Virus record (IMG/VR): IMGVR_UViG_3300023296_000874
Coordinates: 62,001-126,000 of that record
DNA: 64,000 nt
Strand: one strand, 5' to 3'
A program made the position numbers and the translations under genes. Each line of letters begins with the position of its first letter. The first letter of the stretch is position 1. Below the pieces are notes generated by a model that was not told where the DNA came from, ran no database searches, and worked only from the letters and a program-made list of their open reading frames with translations. Positions 23,019 through 33,155 of the stretch are shown here, piece by piece.

Positions 23019-25594
23019 TCAACCGCCTTGTACTGGAAGTACTGTGAGTCCACCCTGATTTCACGGGTGGCGTTCAGCACGGCTCCCGTCTCACTCTTGA
23101 GTACGAGCTTCGTGGTGCCTGAACCGGTCAGGATGAACAGAGCCTCGAGCTTCCGGAGCTTGTTCTTCGTGTACGGTCCGCACACTACGTATTCAAGCAC
23201 CTCATCACCGGATGCAACAGTGGGAACCTCCTGAACCGGCTCCGGCTCCGCTTCCGGTGCGCTTCCGGAAGCTTCCGGTGCGGGCGCTGACGTCTCCACG
23301 TTCTCTGGAGTAGGTGGAGGAGTGGAAGCTTCCGGTGCGCTTCCGGATACTTCCGGAGCAGCAGGCGTCGGTGGTGCCTCACCTGCGGGCGTCGGGTCCT
23401 GGTCAGGTCCGTTGTAGGTGCGTCCGTCAAAGTAGAGGTCTCCGGGGTGCAGGGGCTTCACACCTTCTCGCAGACACTTCAGTACGGGAGCGGGCGGCTT
23501 CCATGCGTTGTTCGCTTCGCCCCAGTTCGATCCCCACTCGATGTCCACGGTCAGCGGGATCTTCCACCCCTTCGGTCCGCAGCGGCTCATTACCAGGCCC
23601 AGCTCAGGCATGATGATGAACTTCATGCTGTCCCGCACCTCGAACACGATTTCATCGTGTACGGTGAGGAGGATGCGGCAGTCCTCGCGCCAGCCATTCC
23701 TCTCGATCAGCTTGTCGCACATCACCATCGCGATCTTCGTGATGTCTGCCGACGTACCCTGAACCACCGTGTTCACGGAGGTGCGCTCACCGAACGAGCG
23801 GAGGCGCTTGTCGTCCTCCAACATCTCGGGGATCAGCCGGATGCGCCCGAACGAGGTCTTCACCATCTGGGTCTTGGCGGCTTGCGAGTGCTGCTTCTTG
23901 ATCCACCGCTTGATGCCCGGCAGGTTGTCGAGGAAGCTCTTCTGGATGCGGTAGCCCTCATCCTCGGGGACGCCAATGTTGCGCGCCAGCGTCTTGCCAC
24001 CGGCTCCGTAGAGGATGCCGAAGTTGACGCCCTTGCTCTTGCCACGGTACGGCTCTTCAGAGGTGCCGAACACCGCCACACTGGTCTGGGAGTGAATGTC
24101 CCCTACCTTCTCGTGACAGTAGGGGCAGTGATGCCATAGCGGGCTGTTGCCGATGATCTCGTAGTCGTCGCCGTACTTCTTCTTGCACTCGTTGTGGTTG
24201 AACTCGGTCACCCATTTCGACTCACCGCTCTGGTTGCCCGCAATGCGGAGCTCAACACCAGCGAAGTCGATCGCGGCAATGACGAAGCCGTCTCGAGCAA
24301 TGAACCCCTTGCGGATATTCGGCTTGCCCTTCTTGACTTTCGGTACCGCCTGTGCGTTGACGCCCGTGTACCCCTGGTCGGAGCGTCCACCGGGAGCAGC
24401 AAACCGCCCAGTAGGAGCGCCACAAGCCATGATGCCGAAGCGGCCGTCGTTGAACTGGTCGACGTTGTTGATGAGGTTGTTGAGGTAGGTGCCGCGCAGC
24501 TTGAGGAGCTGTCGGTACTTCACCACCATCGTCAGAGCGGGATACTTGCCCTTGTACTTGGAGTCCAACTCCTCGAGCGTGCCCGCGTCTGTCTTCCACT
24601 GCGCGCCGCTGGGTGTCTTGCCCGCGTTGGGGACGCTGAGCTTGTCGAACAGGGCCTCACCGAGTGCCTTGGCACTCCCGATGTTGAGCTCGCTGTCGCC
24701 TACGAGCTTCCGGATGTCGGTCTCCATCTGCTCCGCTTCGAGCTTCAGTCCGTCATCCAAGCCCTGAAGGTAGTCAACGTCAATGCGGAACCTGTTGCGG
24801 CTCATGCGGCGCAAGACTCCAATCAACATCTTCTCGATCTTGTAGATCGTGCCCTGAGCCTTCAGGTTGAGGTTGTCCTTGTAGAGGTTCCAGAGGTGCC
24901 AGGTGCAGATGCCGTCACCGGAGGCATACACGTAGGCTTCCTCGGGGTGCAGCTCCTCGAACTGAGGGATCTTGGTCCCCTTGGGGAACAGGCTCTTGAA
25001 CTCGATCATCTGCCAACCGAGAATGTCCTTGCTCTGCGACTTGAGGCCGATCCGCTTCCTGTTGCTGTCTACCAGCCAACCCATGACCTGCGTGTCGTCG
25101 AACTTGTCGGGCTGCTCCGGTACGTTGAAGCCCTCGCCCCACATCATCTCCGTGTCGAAGGTGGCGTTGTGGTAGATGCAGATGCAGTTGTCGAGTAGAC
25201 GCTGGATCTGCTCAGCCACCGGCTTCCACGGGAGGTTTCCGTTGTCCGGGTTGGAGATGCTGTCGTGAGCGGAAACGTGCCTGACGGGCGCGTAGAAGCC
25301 GACCTCACCGTCGTAGCAGAGAGCGAACCCTACGATGTGGTGGACGGGTCTACCGCCTTCCAAGGGGTGTCCTCCGTAGACACGGGTATCCAGCCCCTGG
25401 GTCTCGAGGTCGATGACCACCGCGCCGGATGCAATAGCAGCATCCACCACTTCGGTCAGCACCGCGAGATCGTCGATCAGTACGAAGGCCTTCTCCTGCA
25501 TCCATGGCTGGATGGCCTCTTCACTGAGCCCGCCTACGGCATTACCAAAGGGGTCGAATTGGACTTCAATGCCCTTCTTCCATTCACGAGCCAT
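23006..25594 (-). CDS. polA: Family A DNA polymerase (3'-5' exonuclease + polymerase, no 5'-3' exonuclease)
   Basis: ExoI DLET, ExoII YHNATFD, ExoIII YASGD; motif A IDFAGVELRI, motif B RGKSKGVNFGILYG, motif C TVHDEI. Confidence 0.95.
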   Translation of the reverse strand: MAREWKKGIEVQFDPFGNAVGGLSEEAIQPWMQEKAFVLIDDLAVLTEVVDAAIASGAVVIDLETQGLDTRVYGGHPLEGGRPVHHIVGFALCYDGEVGFYAPVRHVSAHDSISNPDNGNLPWKPVAEQIQRLLDNCICIYHNATFDTEMMWGEGFNVPEQPDKFDDTQVMGWLVDSNRKRIGLKSQSKDILGWQMIEFKSLFPKGTKIPQFEELHPEEAYVYASGDGICTWHLWNLYKDNLNLKAQGTIYKIEKMLIGVLRRMSRNRFRIDVDYLQGLDDGLKLEAEQMETDIRKLVGDSELNIGSAKALGEALFDKLSVPNAGKTPSGAQWKTDAGTLEELDSKYKGKYPALTMVVKYRQLLKLRGTYLNNLINNVDQFNDGRFGIMACGAPTGRFAAPGGRSDQGYTGVNAQAVPKVKKGKPNIRKGFIARDGFVIAAIDFAGVELRIAGNQSGESKWVTEFNHNECKKKYGDDYEIIGNSPLWHHCPYCHEKVGDIHSQTSVAVFGTSEEPYRGKSKGVNFGILYGAGGKTLARNIGVPEDEGYRIQKSFLDNLPGIKRWIKKQHSQAAKTQMVKTSFGRIRLIPEMLEDDKRLRSFGERTSVNTVVQGTSADITKIAMVMCDKLIERNGWREDCRILLTVHDEIVFEVRDSMKFIIMPELGLVMSRCGPKGWKIPLTVDIEWGSNWGEANNAWKPPAPVLKCLREGVKPLHPGDLYFDGRTYNGPDQDPTPAGEAPPTPAAPEVSGSAPEASTPPPTPENVETSAPAPEASGSAPEAEPEPVQEVPTVASGDEVLEYVVCGPYTKNKLRKLEALFILTGSGTTKLVLKSETGAVLNATREIRVDSQYFQYKAVEWGL
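23240..23360 (-). repeat. imperfect direct repeat encoding the PolA Pro/Ala linker (APE.SGSAPEA x2)
   Basis: cttccggtgcgcttccgga occurs twice. Confidence 0.7.
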
Positions 25595-25642
25595 GGGGCG
25601 TCCTTGCTTGTAGGTTCATCATGTGCCCTCAAACGGCGAGGT

Positions 25643-26062
25643 TCACTCGCTTCCACCGTTCTTGTTTGCCACGCGGACCGCAATATATCCATCCCGCCAC
25701 AGGTTGATGAGTTCCGTCAGCTCCGGGGAGTGCTCGTCGTTGGCGTCCACTATGCGGAGGAGGTCGCAGGCGTTGTTCCGCAGGTCCTGACACTTCTTCT
25801 CGTGCCAGCCAAAGCAGCCCGGCCCCCAGAGATGACATCGCCTGTTCGGGACTCGGTCCAGACACTGCTTCGGGTAGTAGCGCACCTGAAGCAGCAGTGG
25901 AACCGCGTACCTGTCAAGGGCGAGGCGTATGTCATTGACGAGGACCAAACTGACGAGACTATCGACCCACTCAGGAGCGTCGGTGTACGCTACCTGTGCT
26001 ATCTTGTGTACCTTCTCGAACTCGTCGTAGACCGAGAAGCGTTGCGTGATGCTGAACTTCAT
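25643..26062 (-). CDS. hypothetical protein (Cys-containing)
   Basis: GGAG RBS; lies upstream of polA. Confidence 0.6.
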   Translation of the reverse strand: MKFSITQRFSVYDEFEKVHKIAQVAYTDAPEWVDSLVSLVLVNDIRLALDRYAVPLLLQVRYYPKQCLDRVPNRRCHLWGPGCFGWHEKKCQDLRNNACDLLRIVDANDEHSPELTELINLWRDGYIAVRVANKNGGSE

Positions 26063-26141
26063 GCTCCATTTTACACTGGGATTAGGGCTCGAGCCGTGAA
26101 ACAGAGGTCACATCAGTTCCATGACCCACGGAGGTCAATGA

Positions 26142-27035
26142 ATGTCTGAAGCCAATTCCACTGCGTTCCACCACAGCCCTGACGGCCACTGGGAATTCCA
26201 CGACGGACGTGCGGTCTTTGAGAAGCTGCCCGCCAACCTGTACTCCCTGTCTACGGGGCGGTTCGGAGCTATTCATCTCGTACCCGCCACCATGGAGGTA
26301 GACGAGGTGGTGCCCTTGCCGAACCCTCAGGCGCTCCGCGCCAAGACTCTCGCATCTCGCTTCCTTTCAGGGGAGTTCGATGAGAGCCTCAAGAGCATGG
26401 GCCTTCTGAAGAAGATGGCGATGTTGCTGTGGGGTGTGCCGGGGACAAGCAAGTCGGTGACGATCTTCGAGATCACCGGAGACGCCATCAGGAAGGGATG
26501 GATCGTCATCCGTGCCACCACGAACGTCGACCTACTGGTGGACGCCTTGCGCGCCATCCGTGCGGTTGAGCCGGATCGTGGCATCATGGTGATCTGGGAA
26601 GAGTTCGAGGACGTAGTGACGCACCGGGAGGCTTCCTTGTTGGAGCTGCTCGACGGTGGGAACCAGATCCCCGGCGTCTTCTACATCATGACCACCAACT
26701 ACATCAAGATGATCCCGCCCCGGATCTTCCTCCGCATGAGGCGCATCCCCTTCCAGGTGGAGTTCATGTACCCCGGCGACGATGAGCGTCGTGCCTTCTT
26801 CAATGCGAAGATCCCCACCGCTCGCGCGGCAGAGATCGACGTAGAGGATTGGGTGATCAAGACGAAGGGCTTCAGCCTGGATCAATGCGCCCAGGTGATC
26901 CTCGCGGTGTTTGCTTTCCAGAGCACCATCGAGGCCGTCATTGAGGATCTCGCCTTGCGCTTGGCTGCCGTCGGTGCGGAAGATCCCGAAGCTGACGATG
27001 CCGAGGATGATGAGTACTACGAAGAGGATGAATGA
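26142..27035 (+). CDS. AAA+ ATPase
   Basis: Walker A WGVPGTSKS, Walker B variant VIWEEFE, LLELLDG, MTTNY; acidic tail. Confidence 0.8.
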   Translation: MSEANSTAFHHSPDGHWEFHDGRAVFEKLPANLYSLSTGRFGAIHLVPATMEVDEVVPLPNPQALRAKTLASRFLSGEFDESLKSMGLLKKMAMLLWGVPGTSKSVTIFEITGDAIRKGWIVIRATTNVDLLVDALRAIRAVEPDRGIMVIWEEFEDVVTHREASLLELLDGGNQIPGVFYIMTTNYIKMIPPRIFLRMRRIPFQVEFMYPGDDERRAFFNAKIPTARAAEIDVEDWVIKTKGFSLDQCAQVILAVFAFQSTIEAVIEDLALRLAAVGAEDPEADDAEDDEYYEEDE

Positions 27036-27042
27036 GGGCCGG

Positions 27043-27843
27043 TTAGGAGTCCTTACGCTCCACCGGGAGTGTACTCCTGATGCCCCATGTGTTCTTCGCC
27101 CAGAAGGTCTCGAGTGCGAAGTAGCCGCCGAGCATGGTGATCTGGTACGTGAGAACGGGCACCCAAGGCACCGAGCCGAGTAGGGCGGTAAACACTCCCA
27201 GCATCACCACCGCGCTTGTTGTCCGGTACGTCAGGGCCTTGGCGGCGCTGCGCTTGGTCTCTACCTGATCGTCCTCGGTGATGCCGAAGTTGCTGTCGTG
27301 CCACAGGCGCTCATGCACCAGGCTGAAGAAGGTCATCATCACCGAGTAGCCGGTGAGCAGCCACAGGCTCAGTCCGAGCTTCCAAAGCACAAGGGAAAAT
27401 ACTCCGAGTGCGAGGGTGCGGTAGAGCAGCATCTTGGCTGCCGTCCGGTAGCCGGTGCTCATGGCGCTGCGGTCCGGTTCCCAAGGCACACGTCCACGGC
27501 ACCGGTCGTAGGTGCGGAAGCCGAAGATGGCGATGGGGTACACGATGGGCTCACCGTGTAGGAGCAGCACGATGGGGATGAGCTCGGGGAGGCCGACGTT
27601 CCAGAGGATGATGGGGATCACCACGTCCTCGAACAGTTCCCACACCACGGCGAAGACGAAGAAGCGGGGGCCTTGGCTCTTGAGCAGCTTCTTGAGCTCG
27701 CGCCAAGTTTCGAAGATGTTGACCTTCTCCCAGATCTCTCCGGCAGCCCAGCACCATGCACGTCGTAGATGTTTCAGCACTTCTGAACCTCCGTGTTGTA
27801 CTGGAAACGCATCCAGTGTCCGGAAACTCAGAGGTGTGGTCAA
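27043..27843 (-). CDS. membrane protein with two DUF2061-like repeats
   Basis: RTAAKMLLYR...VHERLW and RSAAKALTYR...ALETFW repeats; several TM helices. Confidence 0.6.
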   Translation of the reverse strand: MTTPLSFRTLDAFPVQHGGSEVLKHLRRAWCWAAGEIWEKVNIFETWRELKKLLKSQGPRFFVFAVVWELFEDVVIPIILWNVGLPELIPIVLLLHGEPIVYPIAIFGFRTYDRCRGRVPWEPDRSAMSTGYRTAAKMLLYRTLALGVFSLVLWKLGLSLWLLTGYSVMMTFFSLVHERLWHDSNFGITEDDQVETKRSAAKALTYRTTSAVVMLGVFTALLGSVPWVPVLTYQITMLGGYFALETFWAKNTWGIRSTLPVERKDS

Positions 27844-28106
27844 TCGTCCTTGAAGAGCAGGTCGATGCGGTTGGAGGGCTGTACTTCCTCGACACCCTTG
27901 GCGGTGTCCTCAAAGGCCACTGAGAGGGTCACGTCGTAGGTGTTGACGTTGATGAGGTCTACGTCGTCCATCCGTGCAATCTTGGCTTCCATCCGTGCTA
28001 CCGCAAGGGTGAGAGCCTGCTTGAGTGTGGTGCAACCCTCTTCAATCAGATTGCCGACGACCTCGTGGTCGATGTCGATGTGTAGCGTGATTTTACCGTG
28101 CGGCAT
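27840..28106 (-). CDS. hypothetical protein
   Basis: Coupled ORF. Confidence 0.55.
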   Translation of the reverse strand: MPHGKITLHIDIDHEVVGNLIEEGCTTLKQALTLAVARMEAKIARMDDVDLINVNTYDVTLSVAFEDTAKGVEEVQPSNRIDLLFKDD

Positions 28107-28722
28107 CGAAGTCCTCTTCGGGGGGTAGCATGTCCCGAACCTTGCCTATCCACTGTAGGAGGCGCTTGTTGGTGGGGCCTGGCTTCTCGTCGTCGTACAT
28201 GAAATAGATCTTGTCAAGTACATAGGACACACGAACGAACCTCTTCAGGCCAATCGATGTCCGATTGGTGCGGAGCATTGCCTCGCAGACGGCGAACTGT
28301 CTCTTGGGGTCCACCGCAACAACGCGGTTTGATATGCCCTTGAGCTCGTCAGCTACATCAGCCGCGAGTTCGATATCATCGTACCTGATTCGGTACTGTT
28401 GCTCGAGGTACCGGAGGGACTCAACGAAGCTGGCTTCACGCGCACGCTGGATGAAGCCGATCACGTCCAAGGGGCGTTCAGTACAGACCCAGCAGTAGTA
28501 GGTCTCGTAGTCGTCCCTCTCGCCTGCCGGGTAGTACCGAGCAGACGGCTTGAGGTCTTTGCCTGACTTGGCGTGGCTGGTGCTGAAGCAGCAGCGCATC
28601 TGAGCAGAGCGGTCCTCGAACCTGGGCTCAGCACCGTACTCAATCATCGCTGAGTGGAGCGATGCGGTCTCCTTCACCCGGTCAATGCGGTGCCGGAAGA
28701 AGTCCTCGCGGGACAGAAGCAT
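28093..28722 (-). CDS. stand-alone primase-type CHC2 zinc-finger protein
   Basis: C.F..H....D.KPSA......YYCWVC....DVIGFIQ......F.E....L; no TOPRIM domain. Confidence 0.75.
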   Translation of the reverse strand: MLLSREDFFRHRIDRVKETASLHSAMIEYGAEPRFEDRSAQMRCCFSTSHAKSGKDLKPSARYYPAGERDDYETYYCWVCTERPLDVIGFIQRAREASFVESLRYLEQQYRIRYDDIELAADVADELKGISNRVVAVDPKRQFAVCEAMLRTNRTSIGLKRFVRVSYVLDKIYFMYDDEKPGPTNKRLLQWIGKVRDMLPPEEDFDAAR

Positions 28723-29037
28723 TCAAGCAACCGCGCGAAGGAGGATCGGTACTACCTGCTCTTGTACCTCGACGGAGGGGATGGAGAACACGCGACTCAT
28801 GCAGTGCTTGCACTTCATGATGTGGTTCAAGTGGCCGAGCGATGCGCTATCCCAATGGTAGCTCGCGTCTTGCACCGAGCTGTCGTCGGTATAGAGGCTG
28901 AGCCAGCCGAGAAGAGCTTCGTGACCCATGTAGGTGCAGGGGTCGGAGTAATCCGTCCCCACTACGAGCCTTTTGCCGTGGATGATGAGTCTGTCGTAGA
29001 CTCTCAACATTCTCAGATGTGCTGTTACGGGTGCCAT
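28723..29037 (-). CDS. hypothetical protein
   Basis: H...CxxC motif; lies between dnaB and the Zn-finger gene. Confidence 0.5.
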   Translation of the reverse strand: MAPVTAHLRMLRVYDRLIIHGKRLVVGTDYSDPCTYMGHEALLGWLSLYTDDSSVQDASYHWDSASLGHLNHIMKCKHCMSRVFSIPSVEVQEQVVPILLRAVA

Positions 29038-29044
29038 GTGGGTC

Positions 29045-30520
29045 CTACTCGTTTACCAGTGAGTCCCCGATGCCGAGCTCGTCGAGGATGTTGCCATCAT
29101 CATCTTCTGAGTCCACGGGGTTCCGGATTCGGCGCGATTGGAAGTGAACTGAAGCGGTGAATGGCTTGAAGTGGTTGCCGTCTCTGTTCTTTAGACAACC
29201 AATCTTCACTTCGTTGTTATCTCGAAGTTCAGTCGTGTCCCCGAGGAAGGTGTAGGTGATCAGGCTGGCGCTACGTTCTGCCTCGTTTGCCCACGAGAGA
29301 GCGTCGAGCTTGTAGTGCCCCTGGTTCTTGCAGGCTTCCTTCCAACCGTTACGGTTGGCCTGGAAGGGAGTACACACCGGGATACCCTCGCCGTCGTTGA
29401 AGTTCAGCGCCAGCAGGCTGAGGTCCTTCATCACGTAGTTCATAGCCATGGCGAAGTTGTTCACCGAGCGGCCCGTCGAGTTCTCAATGAGTCCGGCGTG
29501 ATCTGCGATGATCAATCCGAGTTCAGCCTTGCGGTGCTCCACTTCAGCCTTCAGCTTCATTTCGGGCACGGTGATCTCGCCAGCGGGGCGCTCAACGATG
29601 ATGCGTCCGTAGTCCTGCGACATCCGGTCCTCAAAGTCAGCCGCCACGTCGCGTAGCAGAGCCTCTTCCTCTCCAGTCAGCTCACCATCACGGAGCCGTC
29701 CGTAGTCGATGTAGCGGGCGTTGCCGGAGCGTGTCCGGAACTTGTCGTGGGTGGAGTGGATGCAGTAGAGGATGCGCCGTACCTGCTCGTACTTCATCTC
29801 GAGGCTGAAGTACATGCAGTTCCATCCGTAGTGGATGGCGGTGTTGTAGGCGTAGTTGAGGGCCAGCGTGGTCTTGAGCTCTCCAACGAACCCCAGCATC
29901 AACATCAGCTCGCCAGGACGTAGTCCCTTGGTGATGTGGTCGATGTTGCTGAGGCCCATGAGCCGTCCGATCTTCGGGTTGGTCTTCTGGAGCTCGTACT
30001 CCTGAAGTACCTCGTCGCCGTCCTCAACGATGTTGCCCTTGAGCTTGCCGTTGCTCTCTACGGTGAGTAGCTCGTCGGCCCCAGCAATGAAGTGCTCAAC
30101 CGCGTCACGCACGCCCTTCTTCAAGGGGCCGCGTTTCTCGAACCTCATGCCGCTGCTCTTGATGACGGCGGTCTCACGGAGCAGGCTGTCGAGCTTGCGC
30201 TGCTTCTGCTCTGCGTAGAGCGTCTTGCACAACCGTCTGAAGTTGGAGCGGATGTAGCCTGAGCCCTCCCGAATCTCCGCAAGACGCTCCGACACATCGG
30301 GTCTCCCCTCAGCCTCGAAGTAGTCAATCACGGATTGGTTGGAGGGCAGCTCGCTCTCACGGCTCTCGCCGAAAAAGTCTTGCACGTACCGGTAGATGTC
30401 TTCGTCCTGCTCCCGTAGGAACTCGATCCCGCTCTCAACGAACTGAAAGTAGTTCGAACGCAGGTTCTCTTGGGACGTACCATCGGCATAGTCAATGAGG
30501 GAGTGGAGGATGCGCTTCAT
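29045..30520 (-). CDS. Replicative DnaB-like (SF4) helicase
   Basis: GLRPGEL, Walker A GFVGELKTT, YFSLEM, IIADH, QANR, KNRDG. Confidence 0.9.
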   Translation of the reverse strand: MKRILHSLIDYADGTSQENLRSNYFQFVESGIEFLREQDEDIYRYVQDFFGESRESELPSNQSVIDYFEAEGRPDVSERLAEIREGSGYIRSNFRRLCKTLYAEQKQRKLDSLLRETAVIKSSGMRFEKRGPLKKGVRDAVEHFIAGADELLTVESNGKLKGNIVEDGDEVLQEYELQKTNPKIGRLMGLSNIDHITKGLRPGELMLMLGFVGELKTTLALNYAYNTAIHYGWNCMYFSLEMKYEQVRRILYCIHSTHDKFRTRSGNARYIDYGRLRDGELTGEEEALLRDVAADFEDRMSQDYGRIIVERPAGEITVPEMKLKAEVEHRKAELGLIIADHAGLIENSTGRSVNNFAMAMNYVMKDLSLLALNFNDGEGIPVCTPFQANRNGWKEACKNQGHYKLDALSWANEAERSASLITYTFLGDTTELRDNNEVKIGCLKNRDGNHFKPFTASVHFQSRRIRNPVDSEDDDGNILDELGIGDSLVNE

Positions 30521-30526
30521 GTGGGC

Positions 30527-31375
30527 CTACAGCTTGAAATCTTTGATGATGTTGTTGGTGCGCGAGTTGTGGCTACGGTCACCGCCGCCACCCTTCCCGT
30601 CTTCACCGTTCCGGGTACGCTTGGAGGTGAACTCCGCAAGGTCCTTCTCAGGCTCGTAGTCCGGGTCGTCGTCGGGGTCATACGTGTCTTCCCAATCAGG
30701 CTCGGCCTGCACCTTCTCCCTGATCACTTCCGCGCGGATAGCAGCAACCCGTGCCTCGGGCCTGTGGGCCTCATCCTTCTTGCGCTTCCACCCGTTGCTC
30801 TCGAAATTCCGGCGCAACAGGTTGTCCAGTTCATCGCTCCACTCAAGGCACTGCTCAGTGAGTGGGCGTGGGCTAACGATCCAGGTGGTGCGGAAGCTGA
30901 TTAGCCGGAGCATGAGCAGCTCGCAGATCACTCCGGAGAGGGCGATGTTCTTGTAGCCCTGCACTCCGAGGCGTAGCACCAAGAAGGGGTACTCAGCGAT
31001 CTCGGCAACGTTCTGGGCGCTGATGGAGTTGGGGTTGCCCAGGAAGGCTTGCAACACGTCGGTGTCAGTGACGTAGGCCCAGCGGGCGTTCAGGCCGAGC
31101 TTGATGAACGCTGACTTGAGGTGGGGGTTGATATCGTCATCGTCCACCACGAGGAACGTGTTGGTCTTGAGCTTCTTGAGCAGGGAGCTGTTCTTCGCGG
31201 GAGGCACACGGTACAGATGCATTCCGAGCTTGCGGGCATAGAGGCTCCGCTGCAGGCAGATGCATCTCTTCGCGTTCAGGCTGTCCACGAAGATGTGCCC
31301 CGTGCCGCCACAGCGTTTGCAGTTGGCATCTGCGGGCATTATTCCTCCGGTTGGGTGGGGTTGGTCACAGGCCAT
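30527..31375 (-). CDS. DnaC/DnaI-like helicase loader, degenerate ATPase
   Basis: N-terminal CKRCGGTG...CIC zinc motif; LVLRLG and ELL..R.....TWI echo the DnaC Walker B region; immediately upstream of the helicase. Confidence 0.5.
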   Translation of the reverse strand: MACDQPHPTGGIMPADANCKRCGGTGHIFVDSLNAKRCICLQRSLYARKLGMHLYRVPPAKNSSLLKKLKTNTFLVVDDDDINPHLKSAFIKLGLNARWAYVTDTDVLQAFLGNPNSISAQNVAEIAEYPFLVLRLGVQGYKNIALSGVICELLMLRLISFRTTWIVSPRPLTEQCLEWSDELDNLLRRNFESNGWKRKKDEAHRPEARVAAIRAEVIREKVQAEPDWEDTYDPDDDPDYEPEKDLAEFTSKRTRNGEDGKGGGGDRSHNSRTNNIIKDFKL

Positions 31376-31421
31376 TCAACCGTTCGACCACCCGTGACAC
31401 GGCGAACTTGGATAGTGTTCA

Positions 31422-33155
31422 TCAAGTCGTACTCGCCTTGAACTTCTTCTTGCCGCCCGCACGGAGCCTTTCAGCGTCCGCTCGAATGCTGTTCATGAGG
31501 TCCTTGAGGTTTGACGAGGTGTCAAACTGGAGCGCGCCCTTGGTCTGCTCTCCAAGCACTTGCTTGATCACCTTGCTCTTCTTCTTCACGGCGGCGAGCA
31601 CGTAGTCGTCAATGGTGCCCTTGCACATGAGGTGGAAGGCTACGACGGTCTCATGCACCGAGCCAATGCGGATCATCCGTCCGAGTAGCTGGTCGTAGTC
31701 ACCGGGGCTCCACGGGATGTCGTAGAACACAAAGGCGGACGCAGCTTGAAGGTTGAGAGCCTCGGTTCCAGCCGGTGTCAGCAGAATGACGTTCGGCCAC
31801 TGCTTGTCACGTATGCCTCGAAGCTGAGAGCGGCACGTCCGCATTACTTCGCGCTTGGTACGCTCATCGGCCCCTGGTCCAACCGTCTTGGTGAGGAAAC
31901 GCTTGAGAGCGGCGTGGTCTTCCGTGAACATGAGCTTGTTCAGTGTGCGCTGATGCTCGTTCTCGTCTCCGGTGATCCGGGCGGTGTTGTAGTCTTGGTG
32001 CTGCAACTCGCGCTGTAGGATGTTGATCATCTTCTTGTAGCGGCTGAAGATGATCACCTTCTCGCCCTTGAGCTCGTCGTTGAGCAGTCGGTAGAGCTCC
32101 TTCTCCTTCTCGGAGGTGCCCGGCATACCGATACATTCAGGGTGGTTGACGATCTGCTGGAAGTACCCGATGCGGGTCAGCGGCGTCATCTCCTTCTCAA
32201 CCTCTTCCCCGGTGTCCGCAGCTACGACGGTCAGTACGTCGCCCAGAGCCTGGGTGTAGAGGTCCCACTGGCCTGGGCTCATGCCGCACGGGATTTCCTT
32301 GGTCACCAGGTCAGGCAACTCGGTCGACACGTCGTACTTGTTGCGCCCAAGGAAGAAGGGGTCGATCATGTCGCGGAAATGGTCGACGTTCTTGTAGCCC
32401 ACGACCATCGGGATCTTGCGTCCGCCGATGTCCCGCTTCTTCTCAATGCAATAGTGGAGCTTGAACTTCGTGATGCCCTGGAAGAGGGGCGGGTAGACCA
32501 CCTTGAAGATGCCGTAGCCCTCGAGCAGGCTGTTCTTGAGCAGGGTGGCGGTCAGCCCGTACACGCGCCGGGCCTTGTCCGATACCATCCGAGCTACCTT
32601 GTGGGTCTTGCTCGTGTAGGTCTTGCACGCCGTCACCTCGTCCATGACGAGCATGAAGTTGCCGTTGGCGTTGATGTGGTGCTCGTAGAGCCGGTAGTCT
32701 TCCCTGTAGAAGTGGTAGTGCATCACAAGGACGTTGGCGGTGGGGTCGTTCCAGAAGTCCTCGTACTGCTTGACCCGGCTGGCCTTGCCGAAGTTCTCAA
32801 GGCGGCGGCAGTCGATGCCATCCGTGAACTTCTCAAACTCATCCACCCACTGCGCCGTAGCGGACTTGGGTGCGATCACGATCATCTTGAGCGTCGGGTC
32901 CTTCTCCAGAAGGTACGAGTACGCGCCGATCACCTCAATGGTCTTGCCGAGACCGGTTCCATCCCCCAGTACCATGCGGCTCATCTTGAGCATGTGCATG
33001 ATGCCGATGACTTGGTAGTACCTGAAGTCTACCCAGTCCTTGATGAATCGATTCCCCTTCAGCTTGACGCCCGTTTGGCCCCGAAGCTTCAGAAGCGACG
33101 GGTATGCCTTCGGGCGCGGCGGTTGGGGTAGAACTACTTTCGGTGGTGGAGCCAT
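31422..33155 (-). CDS. SNF2-family helicase
   Basis: YQ, LGDGTGLGKT, IAPKS...QW..E, VMDEV, LTATLLKN, KVIIFS, ALNLQAA, WSPG...Q..GR..RIG. Confidence 0.9.
   Translation of the reverse strand: MAPPPKVVLPQPPRPKAYPSLLKLRGQTGVKLKGNRFIKDWVDFRYYQVIGIMHMLKMSRMVLGDGTGLGKTIEVIGAYSYLLEKDPTLKMIVIAPKSATAQWVDEFEKFTDGIDCRRLENFGKASRVKQYEDFWNDPTANVLVMHYHFYREDYRLYEHHINANGNFMLVMDEVTACKTYTSKTHKVARMVSDKARRVYGLTATLLKNSLLEGYGIFKVVYPPLFQGITKFKLHYCIEKKRDIGGRKIPMVVGYKNVDHFRDMIDPFFLGRNKYDVSTELPDLVTKEIPCGMSPGQWDLYTQALGDVLTVVAADTGEEVEKEMTPLTRIGYFQQIVNHPECIGMPGTSEKEKELYRLLNDELKGEKVIIFSRYKKMINILQRELQHQDYNTARITGDENEHQRTLNKLMFTEDHAALKRFLTKTVGPGADERTKREVMRTCRSQLRGIRDKQWPNVILLTPAGTEALNLQAASAFVFYDIPWSPGDYDQLLGRMIRIGSVHETVVAFHLMCKGTIDDYVLAAVKKKSKVIKQVLGEQTKGALQFDTSSNLKDLMNSIRADAERLRAGGKKKFKASTT

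Noticed and set aside
23006-33155. Inteins or introns in PolA, DnaB or SNF2
   Set aside because: No C/S...HN splice motifs or LAGLIDADG blocks; lengths are normal apart from short inserts.
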